A DNA stretch of 64,000 bases from Conexibacter sp. (GCA_035637995.1 DASRAV010000057.1:102-64101); one strand, 5' to 3'; shown: positions 45,763 through 54,712, counted from the first letter of the stretch. Notes: generated by a model from the sequence alone, not told the origin. Numbers and translations are program-made.

Positions 45763-46452
45763 CTAGAACAGCTCAGCCTGCTCTGGCTCCAGCTCCGGGT
45801 CGGCGAGGCACTCCGGGCCGTCGTAACGCGCGTCGTTGACTGCCTTCGACACAGGCCGCGCGCGGGTGAGGGAGACGGGGAGGGGACGCAGGAGCTGTTG
45901 GGCGTGCTCGGGCGGCGTCTCAGGATCGAGCCAGGTCCGCTCATCGTCAGGGTCGAGGATCACGGGCATGCGCGGGTGGATCGGGGCGATGAGGTCGTTG
46001 GCCGTCGTCGTGACGATCGCGCAGCTGCGCAGCCACTCGCCCTGCGGGTCCTTCCACGCGGACCCGATCGCGGCGAACGCGAACGGCTCGCCGCCGGCGC
46101 GTTGCACGTGAAACGGCCGGCGGGCCCCATCGCGCTCCCACTCGTAGAAGCCGTCGGCGATCACGAGGCAGCGGCGGCGATTGAACGCGTCGCGATAGGC
46201 CGGCTTCTCGGCGACGGTCTCGGCGCGTGCGTTGATCATCTTGAAGCCGACGTTCGGGTTCTCCGCCCACGGCGGGACGAGGCCCCAGCGCAGCAGCGCG
46301 CCCCCCGGCGCGCCGTCGCGCATCACGACCGCCAGCACGTCGTCGGCCGGGGCGACGTTGAAGCGCTGGCGGATCTCGACCGACTCGCCGAGCGGGAAGC
46401 GCTCGCGCAGCTGATCCGGCGTGGTGCCTGCGAGCGTGTAGCGGCCGCACAT
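45763..46452 (-). CDS. SOS-response-associated peptidase (SRAP/YedK, abasic-site DNA-protein crosslink family)
   Basis: N-terminal catalytic MCGRY. Also RFNVAP, NARAET, and GFYEW. Confidence 0.9.
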   Translation of the reverse strand: MCGRYTLAGTTPDQLRERFPLGESVEIRQRFNVAPADDVLAVVMRDGAPGGALLRWGLVPPWAENPNVGFKMINARAETVAEKPAYRDAFNRRRCLVIADGFYEWERDGARRPFHVQRAGGEPFAFAAIGSAWKDPQGEWLRSCAIVTTTANDLIAPIHPRMPVILDPDDERTWLDPETPPEHAQQLLRPLPVSLTRARPVSKAVNDARYDGPECLADPELEPEQAELF

Positions 46453-46469
46453 GGCGGTTCAGCCCGCGG

Positions 46470-47078
46470 TCAGCGGGAGGCCGCGGCGCGGGCGCGCGCC
46501 TGCCGGCGGCGGCCGAGCAGTGCGAGCACGCCGAGCACGGCGACGATGACGATCAGGCCGAGCAGGATCCCGCCGCCGATCGAGATGCCGCCGAACGGCA
46601 GCGCGATCAGCTCCACGACGCCCAGGCCGAGCAGCAGCAGCGCGATCACGAGCGCGAGGATCAACGCGAATCCACGCACGCGCAGCAGCGGGCTGGAGCC
46701 CGGCGGAGGGGCGACGAGGCCCATGAAACGCAGCAGCAGCAGTTGACGGTCGCTCGGAGGCGCCTGGCCCATGCGCGTGACGGCGTCCTTCAGGTCGCCA
46801 GCGCGGCGCTCGGCGAGCGCGATCGAGGCGTCGGCCATGCGCCGCAGCTGCATCCGCTCCTGCGGGCGCGCCGCCGCGAGCGCGCGCTGGTAGTAAGCCC
46901 GCGTGGCCTTCGCGTCGTAGCGTTCGGCCGCGCGCGCGCCGAGGATCGCGAAGGCGGCTGCCTTCAGCTTCGTCTCGGACTCGAGCTCCTCGTCGCTGCG
47001 CGTTTCGAGCTGCTGCATCGCGGCGAGCCCGCCGCCCTGCTGCACCCGCATCTGCCGTGGCTTCTGCTGCTTGGCCAT
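46470..47078 (-). CDS. Hypothetical membrane protein (charged helical N-domain + C-terminal TM hairpin)
   Basis: 202 aa with good GC3 bias. The C-terminus FALILALVIALLLLGLGVVELIALPF..GGILLGLIVIVAVLGVLALL is clearly membrane-spanning. No family assigned. Confidence 0.7.
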   Translation of the reverse strand: MAKQQKPRQMRVQQGGGLAAMQQLETRSDEELESETKLKAAAFAILGARAAERYDAKATRAYYQRALAAARPQERMQLRRMADASIALAERRAGDLKDAVTRMGQAPPSDRQLLLLRFMGLVAPPPGSSPLLRVRGFALILALVIALLLLGLGVVELIALPFGGISIGGGILLGLIVIVAVLGVLALLGRRRQARARAAASR

Positions 47079-47153
47079 AGGGCGGACAGTGTAGAGCCAG
47101 CGCGCTACGCCGTGCCGCGTGCGAGCAGCCAGCGGTGGGGCGCGCTGGGACGC

Positions 47154-47381
47154 TCAGCCGGCGTCGGAGCGCACGTCGCGCAGCTGCTCTAGTGTCAGGT
47201 CGGCGAAGTCGTGGCGGGCGAGTCGATCTCGCCGCTCGCGACGGACGACGTCGCGCAGCGCCTCATGCAGGGTGTCCGTGGTTCGCTTCGTTCCGAGCAC
47301 CACACCGGCCTCGCGGACCAGGTCGAGGTCAAGGTTCACCGTCGTGCGCGCACGCTTGTGGCCTGTCATATGCATGCGCAT
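47154..47381 (-). CDS. VapB-type (DUF2191-like ribbon-helix-helix) antitoxin homologue
   Basis: RTTVNLDLDLVREAGVVLGTKRTTDTLHEALRDVVRRERR matches the RTT[VL]xLDxxL...A.r..v consensus of this antitoxin family. Start is one of ATG 47381, 47375 or 47369. Confidence 0.7.
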   Translation of the reverse strand: MRMHMTGHKRARTTVNLDLDLVREAGVVLGTKRTTDTLHEALRDVVRRERRDRLARHDFADLTLEQLRDVRSDAG

Positions 47382-47430
47382 ACTGTGGCGCAAGGGCCAG
47401 CCACATCCCAATCACATACGTATATGGCTG

Positions 47431-48270
47431 CTACGGCGCGCCAGCGCCACCCGACGGGCTGCGCGCGCCGCCACCCTGCCCGGCGCCGCCGCCATTACCG
47501 CCACCGCCTGCCGGTGGTCGTCCCGGCGCGTCGCGCCCGGCGTGCTTGCCCGGCGGGATCACGTAGATCCGCTCGCCGGTGAGCGAGCCGGCGCCGTCCG
47601 GCTGCTCGGGCGGGGAGCGATAGACGTCGACGTGGCGGCCGGCGATCGCGCCGCCGACGTCCTCGGCGCGGAACCAGCCATGCCCCGCCGTGTGCCGGTA
47701 CGCGGCGATGTAGATGCGGCTGCCGAGCGGGATCAAGCGCGGGTCGACCGCGATGCTGCGGTAGTAGCGCAGCGGCTTCGACGCGCCCGCGGCGAACGTG
47801 ACGCCCGGCAGCGGCACGTAGCGCCTGCCGCGTCCGTTCGACCACCCGCCCGCCTCGAGCGGGAACGTCATGCGGTGGCCCTTCGCGAGCCAGTATGCGC
47901 CGGCGCGCCAGAACGGCGGCCCGCCCGCCCAGCCCTTCTTTCCGGGCGTGCTCGGGCGCGCGCGATCGGTCACCCAGCCGCCGTCGCCGAGCGCGCCGAT
48001 GTGGAAGAAGGACCCGTCGAGGCCGATGCCCGTGCCCTGCATCGAGACGCCCCGGGCGGAGTAGAGCCAGTCGATCCGGTGCTTGCCGCTGAGCCCGGGG
48101 GCGGAGACCTTGCGACCGACGAACCACGCCTCCGGCACCGGGTAGTACTCGGTCACGGTCACGCCGCCGAGCCAGCGCGCCTTCGCGATCGGGCGCGCCT
48201 GCGCGGCGCCCGTGGGCAGCAGCAGCACGGCGAACGCAGCAGTCAGCAGATGGCGGCGCAGGCAGGTCAT
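47431..48270 (-). CDS. Secreted 3D-domain (MltA/RlpA-like double-psi beta-barrel) cell-wall protein with a Gly-rich tail
   Basis: Signal peptide MTCLRRHLLTAAFAVLLLPTGAAQA. 3D motif IAVDPRLIPLGSRIYI...AEDVGGAIAGRHVDVY. Confidence 0.8.
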   Translation of the reverse strand: MTCLRRHLLTAAFAVLLLPTGAAQARPIAKARWLGGVTVTEYYPVPEAWFVGRKVSAPGLSGKHRIDWLYSARGVSMQGTGIGLDGSFFHIGALGDGGWVTDRARPSTPGKKGWAGGPPFWRAGAYWLAKGHRMTFPLEAGGWSNGRGRRYVPLPGVTFAAGASKPLRYYRSIAVDPRLIPLGSRIYIAAYRHTAGHGWFRAEDVGGAIAGRHVDVYRSPPEQPDGAGSLTGERIYVIPPGKHAGRDAPGRPPAGGGGNGGGAGQGGGARSPSGGAGAP

Positions 48271-48384
48271 CGAGGGCGGGAACGTTGCAGAACGGTCCAG
48301 ACAGACATCGGCGCCACGGACGCGCCCTTGAGCGCGGGGACGGGGGCTGCGGTCAGCGCGCCAACCGCGCTAGGCTGCGCCGCG

Positions 48385-49488
48385 ATGCGGATCCGCGCCG
48401 CCGTGCTGGAGGAATTCGGCAAGCCCCTGGTCGTCCAGGAGGTCGAGCTTGCGGAGCCCGGTCCCGGCGAGGTGCTGGTGCGGCTCGTCGCCTGCGGCGT
48501 CTGCCACACCGACCTCTACACCGCCAGCGGCGCCGACCCGTCCGGCTACGCCCCGACGGTGCTCGGCCACGAGGGCGCCGGCGTCGTCGAGCGCGTGGGC
48601 GCCGACGTCGCGCTCGTGGCACCCGGCGATCACGTCGTCACGCTGTTCTCACCTCAGTGCGGTGAGTGCGTCCACTGCAGGAGCCCGCGCACGAACCTCT
48701 GCATGGCGATCCGCGAGCAGCAGAACCGCGGGTACCTGCCCGACGGCACGACGCGCCTTGCGCGCGACAGCGAGCCGCTGCGCCACTTCATGGGCACCTC
48801 GACGTTCGCCGAGTACACGGTGATGCCGCAGATCGCGCTCGCGAAGGTGAGCCCCGAGGCACCGCTGGAGGGCGCCGCGCTGTTCGCGTGCGGCCTCTCG
48901 ACCGGCCTCGGCGCGGCGCTGCGCACGGCGCAGGTGCAGCCGGGCTCCACGTGCGTCGTCTTCGGCGCCGGGATGGTCGGCCTCGGCGCGGTCGCCGGCT
49001 GCCGCCTCGCGGGCGCCGAGCGGATCGTCTGCGTCGACCTCTCCGAGCAGCGCCTCGCGCTCGCGCGCGGACAGGGCGCGACGGAGACGATGCTCGGCGG
49101 GGTCGACGTCGTGGAGCGGATCGTCGAGTCGACGGGCGGCTTCGGCGCCGACTACACCTTCGAGGCGACCGGCAACGTCCACGTGATGCGCCAGGCCGTC
49201 GAGGCCGCGCGGATGGGGTGGGGCCTGTGCACCGTCGCCGGCGTGGCCGGCAAGGGCGAGCTGCTCGAGGTCGTGCCGCGCTATCTGATCCAGGGCCGGC
49301 GGATCGCCGGCTCCTCGTTCGGCGGCCTGAAGGGCCGCGACGACGTGCCCGCGCTGATCGACCGCTGGCTCGCCGGCGAGCTCGACGTCGAGCCGTTCAT
49401 CTCGCATCGCATCACGCTCGACGAGGTCAACCGGGGCTTCGAGCTGATGGAGGCCCAAGACGGCATCCGCAGCGTGATCTCGCTCTAA
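48385..49488 (+). CDS. Zinc-dependent alcohol dehydrogenase, class III / mycothiol-dependent formaldehyde dehydrogenase-like
   Basis: ATG 48385. CGVCHTDLY, GHEGAGVVERVG, structural Zn Cys cluster CGECVHCRS..NLC, and GAGMVGLG. Confidence 0.88.
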   Translation: MRIRAAVLEEFGKPLVVQEVELAEPGPGEVLVRLVACGVCHTDLYTASGADPSGYAPTVLGHEGAGVVERVGADVALVAPGDHVVTLFSPQCGECVHCRSPRTNLCMAIREQQNRGYLPDGTTRLARDSEPLRHFMGTSTFAEYTVMPQIALAKVSPEAPLEGAALFACGLSTGLGAALRTAQVQPGSTCVVFGAGMVGLGAVAGCRLAGAERIVCVDLSEQRLALARGQGATETMLGGVDVVERIVESTGGFGADYTFEATGNVHVMRQAVEAARMGWGLCTVAGVAGKGELLEVVPRYLIQGRRIAGSSFGGLKGRDDVPALIDRWLAGELDVEPFISHRITLDEVNRGFELMEAQDGIRSVISL

Positions 49489-49495
49489 GGAGCGT

Positions 49496-50713
49496 CTAGC
49501 CCGGCGCGCGCTCCTCGACGCCGTGCGGTGCGCCGTAGGCGGCGAGCAGGTCGAGGAAGGGGACCGCGTCGAACGCCTCGGGGCCGAGCACGCCGGTGCC
49601 CTTCCAGGCACCGGTCGCGAGCAGCTCGAGCGCGATGACCGGGTTCAGCGCCGTCTGCCAGACGACCGCCTGACTGCCGTACTCGCGCATCGTCGTCGCG
49701 TTGTCGGCGAGGTGATAGAGGTAGGTGGCACGCGGCGCGCCGTCGCGGCCGGTGCCCGTCACGTAGGTGCCCGCGCACGTGCGGCCGGTCATGCGGTCGC
49801 CGAGCATCGCCGGGTTCGGGAGCGCGGCGGCGACCACGTCGCGCGGGGCGACGTCGATGTCGCGCACGCGCACCGGAGCGGTGGCGTCGAGACCGAGCTT
49901 GTGCAGCGTCTGCAGCACGTCGATGAACTCCTGCCCGAGGCCGTACTTGAACGTGACGCGGCGACAGTCGACCCAGCGGGGGATCAGCACGACCTCCTCG
50001 TGCTCGACGTTGACGCACTCGACCTCGCCGATCCCCTCGGGGAAGCGGAAGCGCTCCGGCTCGGAGAACGGCTGCGTCGTGTACCAGCCGCGCTCCCGCT
50101 CCCAGATCAGCGGCGGGTTCAGGCACTCCTCGATCGTCGACCAGATCGAGAACGTCGGCGCGAACGCGTAGCCCTCGACGACGAGGTCGGCGCCGTCGCG
50201 CACGCCGATCTCGTCGATCTCCGAGAACAGATGGTCGGCTGCGTAGCGCGCGAAGACGTCGGAGAGGCCCGGCTCGACGCCGATCCCCACGAGCGCGAGC
50301 AGCCCGTCGCGCTCCCAGGCCTCGGCGGCGGCGAACTGCACGTCACCGAGCTTCACGCCCGGCTGCTCGAACGGTGCGGTCGGGTGGCGGTGCGAGAGCG
50401 TCATCGCCATGTCGAGGTAGGTGATGCGCGCCATGTGCGCGGCGGCGAAGATCTGCTCGTTGAAGCGCGGGTCGGTCGCGTTGAGGACGGCGTCGGCGCG
50501 TGCCTCGCGCATCAGCGCGACGAGCGCGGCCTCGTCGCCGGCGTCGACTGCGGCGGCGGAGAAGCGGTCGGGCTCGCCGAGGCGCTCGACGACCTGCGTC
50601 GCGCGGTCCGCGGAGACGTCTGCGAGCACCATGTGCGAGAAGAAGGTGCGCCGCTGTGCGATGCCGGCCGCCGCAGCTCCGACACCGCCCGCGCCGACGA
50701 CGAGGATCCGCAT
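49496..50713 (-). CDS. Saccharopine dehydrogenase-family NAD(P)-binding oxidoreductase
   Basis: MRILVVGAGGVGAAAA Rossmann motif. 405 aa with Sacchrp_dh-like C-terminal half. Confidence 0.8.
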   Translation of the reverse strand: MRILVVGAGGVGAAAAGIAQRRTFFSHMVLADVSADRATQVVERLGEPDRFSAAAVDAGDEAALVALMREARADAVLNATDPRFNEQIFAAAHMARITYLDMAMTLSHRHPTAPFEQPGVKLGDVQFAAAEAWERDGLLALVGIGVEPGLSDVFARYAADHLFSEIDEIGVRDGADLVVEGYAFAPTFSIWSTIEECLNPPLIWERERGWYTTQPFSEPERFRFPEGIGEVECVNVEHEEVVLIPRWVDCRRVTFKYGLGQEFIDVLQTLHKLGLDATAPVRVRDIDVAPRDVVAAALPNPAMLGDRMTGRTCAGTYVTGTGRDGAPRATYLYHLADNATTMREYGSQAVVWQTALNPVIALELLATGAWKGTGVLGPEAFDAVPFLDLLAAYGAPHGVEERAPG

Positions 50714-50841
50714 GTGTGCAGATGCTACCCGTGCGCGTCAAGCGTGCAGAGGAAGCGCTGCGCCATCTGGCGCGCGCACCCCTGCACGCGTTGGCCGCCG
50801 GGCGCTACCGGCGCCTGCCCGGCGCCTCGATCATTGCCGCC

Positions 50842-52212
50842 ATGGAGCGCGTCACTGCGACGGCGGCGGCACTGCTCGCACTCGAGTCGCCCACCGCCCC
50901 CCTGAACGTCGGCTGGGTCGCGCGCCTGGACGGTGGCGCGCGCCGTGACCCGCTCGACGTCGCGGCGCTGCTCGATCGCATCGCCGGCCGCCTGCCGCGC
51001 GCACCGCGGCTGCGGCAGATCGCCGTGCGCGCGCCCGCAGGCGACCGGGAGCTCGTGTGGCGCGAGGATCCCCATTTCGAGCTCGCGCGTCATGTCGTCG
51101 TCTGTGACAGCCCGTCGCCCGGGGAGGAGGACGTGCGGCGCGTGCTCGACGCCTTTCTCGCCCAGCCGCTCGCGCGCGAGCGCCCGCTGTGGCGGCTGCT
51201 CGTCGTGCCGGCGACGCGCAGCGGCGGCGCGGCGATCGCGGGCATGGTCCACCGCGCGCTCACCGACGGCGACGACGCCATGCGCCTGCGCGAGCTGGTC
51301 TTCGACGCACCCGCCGCGTCGGGTGCGCCCGAGCGGACGCACCGCGACGCGCTCGCGCTCTCCGAGCTGCGCGAGGCGCACCGTATGCGCTCGCTCGCCG
51401 GCGCCCATGGCGAACGCAGCCGGATCGGCGAGACGCTGCGGCACGTCGCGCTCACGCGCACGCTCGGGCAGCTCACGCCGGCGCCGCCGTCGTTCCTCGA
51501 CGGGTCGGGGGCGCGACGGCGCACGTTCGTCACGGCGCGCGCCGACGCGGGCCGCCTCGGCCGCATCGCGGCGCACGCCGACGCGACCGTCCACGACGTC
51601 GTGCTGGCGCTCGTCGCGGGCGCCCTGCGGCGGCTTGCGGTCGCGGGCGGCGAGCAGCCGGCGGACGTGCGCGCGCTCGTCCCGCTCGCCGTCGGCGAGG
51701 ACGAGCTGCTCGGGGACGCTCCCTGCACGGTGCTCGAGCTGCCCGTAGGCGAGCGACGTCCCGACGATCGTCTCGCCGTCGTCCGCAGCGGGATGGCCGC
51801 GGCGCTCGCGGCCGCCCGCGCCGGTGACGTCGGACCGTCGCGACCCGGCGGGGGCGCGGTGCTCGCCGGCCCGCCGGAGGAGCTCGCGAGCCGGCTCGCG
51901 CTCGGCATGCGCGTGTGCAACGTGACGATCCCGAGCGCGCTTGCGCCCGCCGGCTTCCTGCGGCTCGACGGCCGGCGCGTGCGTGCGCTCTTCCCCGTCG
52001 CCCCGCTGCCCGACGAGCACGCGCTCGCCCTGGGGACGCTCGCCTACGAGCGCCACGTCCACGTGTGCGCAACCGCCGACGCGCAGGCGGTCAGGGCGAT
52101 CGGCCGCCTGCCGATCATCCTCGCCGACGCGCTCGAGGAGCTCGGCCTCTCGAGCGGGCTGCGCCGCCACGCGCTCGCGCACACCCGCCCCGGACGGTGG
52201 ACGGTTGCTTAA
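50842..52212 (+). CDS. WS/DGAT-family (wax ester synthase/diacylglycerol acyltransferase-like) protein with variant active-site motif HRALTDG
   Basis: ATG 50842. LESPTAPLNVGWVARL, PLWRLLVV, and MVHRALTDGDD in place of the HHxxxDG motif. Confidence 0.75.
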   Translation: MERVTATAAALLALESPTAPLNVGWVARLDGGARRDPLDVAALLDRIAGRLPRAPRLRQIAVRAPAGDRELVWREDPHFELARHVVVCDSPSPGEEDVRRVLDAFLAQPLARERPLWRLLVVPATRSGGAAIAGMVHRALTDGDDAMRLRELVFDAPAASGAPERTHRDALALSELREAHRMRSLAGAHGERSRIGETLRHVALTRTLGQLTPAPPSFLDGSGARRRTFVTARADAGRLGRIAAHADATVHDVVLALVAGALRRLAVAGGEQPADVRALVPLAVGEDELLGDAPCTVLELPVGERRPDDRLAVVRSGMAAALAAARAGDVGPSRPGGGAVLAGPPEELASRLALGMRVCNVTIPSALAPAGFLRLDGRRVRALFPVAPLPDEHALALGTLAYERHVHVCATADAQAVRAIGRLPIILADALEELGLSSGLRRHALAHTRPGRWTVA

Positions 52213-52240
52213 CGCAGCGGGCGTAGGCATGCTCGTTCGG

Positions 52241-53260
52241 ATGCGAATTACGGCGCTGATCCCCGAGGCGATAGTCAACTCGATCTATCGGTCGATCCTG
52301 CCGATGCAGGCGCTCGCGCAGCGCGGCCACACGGTGCATTTGGAGGAGCGCAACGAGATCCGCGACGCGCGTGCGCTGCTGGAATGCGACCTCGTCCACT
52401 TCCTGCGCTTCAGTCAGCAGGAAATGCAGCGGATGGCGAGAGCGCTGAGCGACGCCGGCGTCGCGGTCGTCTGGGACAACGACGACAACCTCACCGCATC
52501 GCAGAAAGGCAACCCGAACTACGCCTACCACTCCGGCCTGTCGGGCCAGCGGGTGCTCGCGGGGATGACGACGATGATGCGCCAGGCCGACGTCGTCACG
52601 ACGCCGAGCGCGATGCTCGCCGAGCGCTATCGGGAGCTCAGCGGCGCCGACGTGCGCGTGCTCGAGAACTACCTCCCGCCGGCGTTCACGCGCCCGGCGC
52701 GGGTGATGCCGCACAACGGCGTCACGATCGGCTGGCTGGCCGCGCTCGAGCACCAGCGCGACGTCGAGCAGCTCGGACTGCAGGAGACGCTCGGGCGTCT
52801 GCTCGCGCGCCATCAGCAGCTGGAACTGATAACGATCGGCCTGAACCTCGGGCTGGCCAGCCGGCGCTACAGACACGTCCCGATAACGAATTACGGCGAG
52901 CTGCCCGAACTGCTCATGCACTTCGACATCGGGATCGCACCGATCGCCGCCGTCGACTTCAACCGCGGCCGCTCCAACGTGAAGCTGAAGGAGTACGCGG
53001 CGATGGGGGTGCCGTGGCTCGCCTCACCGGTCGGCGGCTATGCGGGCATGGGGGAGGAGCAGGGCGGGCGGCTCGTCCCCGACGACCGCTGGTACGAAGA
53101 GCTCGAGCAGCTGCTGCTCGACGCCGACGACCGCAGCCGCCTCGCGCGCCGCGCCAGACGCTGGGCCCAGGAGCAGACGATCGAACGCCACGCCGAGCGC
53201 TGGGAGCAGACCTTCGAGGACGCGATCGAGCGGGCACAGGCAGGCAGCGCGGTGCGCTGA
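52241..53260 (+). CDS. Glycosyltransferase-like protein (GT-B, GT1/GT4-like C-terminal half), paralogue 1
   Basis: ATG 52241 (or 52229). VVWDNDDN, VVTTPS..LAERY, and NVKLKEYAAMGVPWLASP sugar-donor-site-like motif. Confidence 0.7.
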   Translation: MRITALIPEAIVNSIYRSILPMQALAQRGHTVHLEERNEIRDARALLECDLVHFLRFSQQEMQRMARALSDAGVAVVWDNDDNLTASQKGNPNYAYHSGLSGQRVLAGMTTMMRQADVVTTPSAMLAERYRELSGADVRVLENYLPPAFTRPARVMPHNGVTIGWLAALEHQRDVEQLGLQETLGRLLARHQQLELITIGLNLGLASRRYRHVPITNYGELPELLMHFDIGIAPIAAVDFNRGRSNVKLKEYAAMGVPWLASPVGGYAGMGEEQGGRLVPDDRWYEELEQLLLDADDRSRLARRARRWAQEQTIERHAERWEQTFEDAIERAQAGSAVR

Positions 53261-53307
53261 TCTGCTTGGAACTTGCGCGGCGCCGAAGGCGTCGGCATGC
53301 TGGACAG

Positions 53308-54330
53308 GTGCGTATCGCCGCCGTCGTGATGGAGCGTCTCATAAGCGGGATCTACCGAACGTGGATTCCGATGCAGGCGCTCGCCTACCGCGGCCACTCG
53401 GTCCACGTCGAGGAGCGCAACGTGATCGAGAACCCCCAGCCGCTCTTCGACGCCGACGTCGTGCACTTCTGCCGCTCCTGCTTCGGTCCGATGGAGCGCC
53501 TCGCCAGAGCGCTGAAGGAGGCTGGCGTCGCGATCGTGTGGGACAACGACGAGGACTTCCTCGAGGTGCCGAAGGGATCCCCCGGCTACGTGGACGTCCG
53601 CGGAATGCACGGCCAGCGGATCTGGAGCTCGCTGAAGTCGATGATGCGCATCGCCGACGTCGTCACGACGCCGAGCGAGACGCTCGCGGAGCGCTACCGG
53701 GCGGCCAGCGGCGCGGACGTGCGCGTGCTCGAGAACTACCTCCCGCCGACGTTCACGCGACCCGATCGCGCGCCGGTCCGCACCGACATAGCGGTCGGCT
53801 GGCACGCGCTGCTCGATCACGAGCGCGACTTCGAGCGGCTGCGGCTCAGAGAGGCCTTCGAAAACCTGCTGCGCCGTCATCACACGCTGCGCGTCGTCGG
53901 CATAGGGGTCGATCTCGGCCTCAACAGCCATCGCTACGAGCGCTGCGAAGGCGGGGTCCTCTACGCCGGGCTGCCCGAACAGCTGCTGCGCCTCGACGTC
54001 GGGATCGCGCCGCTGGCCGACACGCCGTACAACCGGGCGCGCTCGAACGTGAAGCTGAAGGAGTACGCGGCGATGGGAGTCCCGTGGCTCGCCTCGCCGG
54101 TGGGTCCCTACGCGAGCATGGGGGAGGACCAGGGCGGTCACCTCGTCGGCGACGATCGCTGGTACGAGGAGATCGACCGGCTCGTGCTCGAGTCCGACGA
54201 GCGCAGCGTGCTCGCCCGTCGTGCGCGCAGGTGGGCCGCAGGCGAGCGGATCGAAGACCACATCGACCAGTGGGAGCGCACGTTCGAGGACGCGATCGAG
54301 CGTGCGCGACCGCGCGGGGTCGTGCGCTGA
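53308..54330 (+). CDS. Glycosyltransferase-like protein, paralogue 2
   Basis: GTG 53308. Co-linear with paralogue 1 over its full length, roughly 60% identity by eye. Same motifs (IVWDNDED, VVTTPSETLAERY, NVKLKEYAAMGVPWLASP). Confidence 0.7.
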   Translation: MRIAAVVMERLISGIYRTWIPMQALAYRGHSVHVEERNVIENPQPLFDADVVHFCRSCFGPMERLARALKEAGVAIVWDNDEDFLEVPKGSPGYVDVRGMHGQRIWSSLKSMMRIADVVTTPSETLAERYRAASGADVRVLENYLPPTFTRPDRAPVRTDIAVGWHALLDHERDFERLRLREAFENLLRRHHTLRVVGIGVDLGLNSHRYERCEGGVLYAGLPEQLLRLDVGIAPLADTPYNRARSNVKLKEYAAMGVPWLASPVGPYASMGEDQGGHLVGDDRWYEEIDRLVLESDERSVLARRARRWAAGERIEDHIDQWERTFEDAIERARPRGVVR

Positions 54331-54377
54331 GCAATGCTTTTCATTGCGCAACATGAAACGTTGCGCTATCCTTGCGT
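54331..54377. promoter_or_regulatory. Candidate operator/promoter of the Xre-RES module (nested inverted repeats and TTGCG[CT] repeats in a locally AT-rich patch)
   Basis: GCAATG-5-CATTGC (54331-54347). GCGCAAC-7-GTTGCGC (54346-54366). TTGCGC at 54345 and 54361, and TTGCGT at 54372. Confidence 0.5.
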
Positions 54378-54712
54378 CCATGCCGGTCGCCATCGCCACC
54401 AAGGTCGACGCGCTCAGCCGCGACCTCCACTCGCAGCGCCGCCTGGCTGAGCTGCTGGGCGTCAGTCCGGCGCAGATCACGCGCTGGCGTCGCGGGCAGG
54501 GGATCGACGACCTGAACGCCGAACGCGTCGACCTGCTGGAGCTCGTGATGTCGAACCTCATGCGCGTCTATCCGGTCGACGCGGTCGAGCGCTGGCTGCG
54601 CGGCGTCAACCCGCATCTCGGCGATCGTCGTCCGATCGACCTCGTGCGCCACGGCGAGGCGCGCGAGCTGCTGGACGCGATCGCCGCGGAGCGCGCCGGC
54701 AGCTTCGCGTGA
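54353..54712 (+). CDS. Xre-family HTH + DUF2384 antitoxin (MbcA/ParS type)
   Basis: HTH LAELLGVSPAQITRWRRG. C-terminal WLRGVNPHLGDRRPIDLVRHGEARELLDAI. Start is ATG 54353 or 54380, with no SD, so it may be leaderless. The stop overlaps the RES start (GTGA). Confidence 0.85.
   Translation: MKRCAILASMPVAIATKVDALSRDLHSQRRLAELLGVSPAQITRWRRGQGIDDLNAERVDLLELVMSNLMRVYPVDAVERWLRGVNPHLGDRRPIDLVRHGEARELLDAIAAERAGSFA

Larger units (their letters stand above)
52229..54330 (+). repeat. Tandem gene duplication (two ~1.05-kb units including about 20 nt of upstream sequence)
   Basis: Units 52229-53260 and 53297-54330. Runs of perfect nucleotide identity, e.g. 32 nt at 52976-53007 = 54056-54087, and the 33-nt GACGTGCGCGTGCTCGAGAACTACCTCCCGCCG in both. 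Confidence 0.85.

Noticed and set aside
45572-45766. 64-aa plus-strand ORF at the right edge of the low-GC island
   Set aside because: The GGGGAG is too close to the GTG. After ~20 residues the sequence becomes Arg-rich random-looking, and it runs into the SRAP gene 3' end. There is no supporting signal.
48271-48384. Possible ydaO/c-di-AMP-type riboswitch upstream of the 3D-domain cell-wall gene
   Set aside because: The spacer is only 114 nt, and I could not find the conserved ydaO core segments by eye. An Infernal scan would be needed before making any claim.
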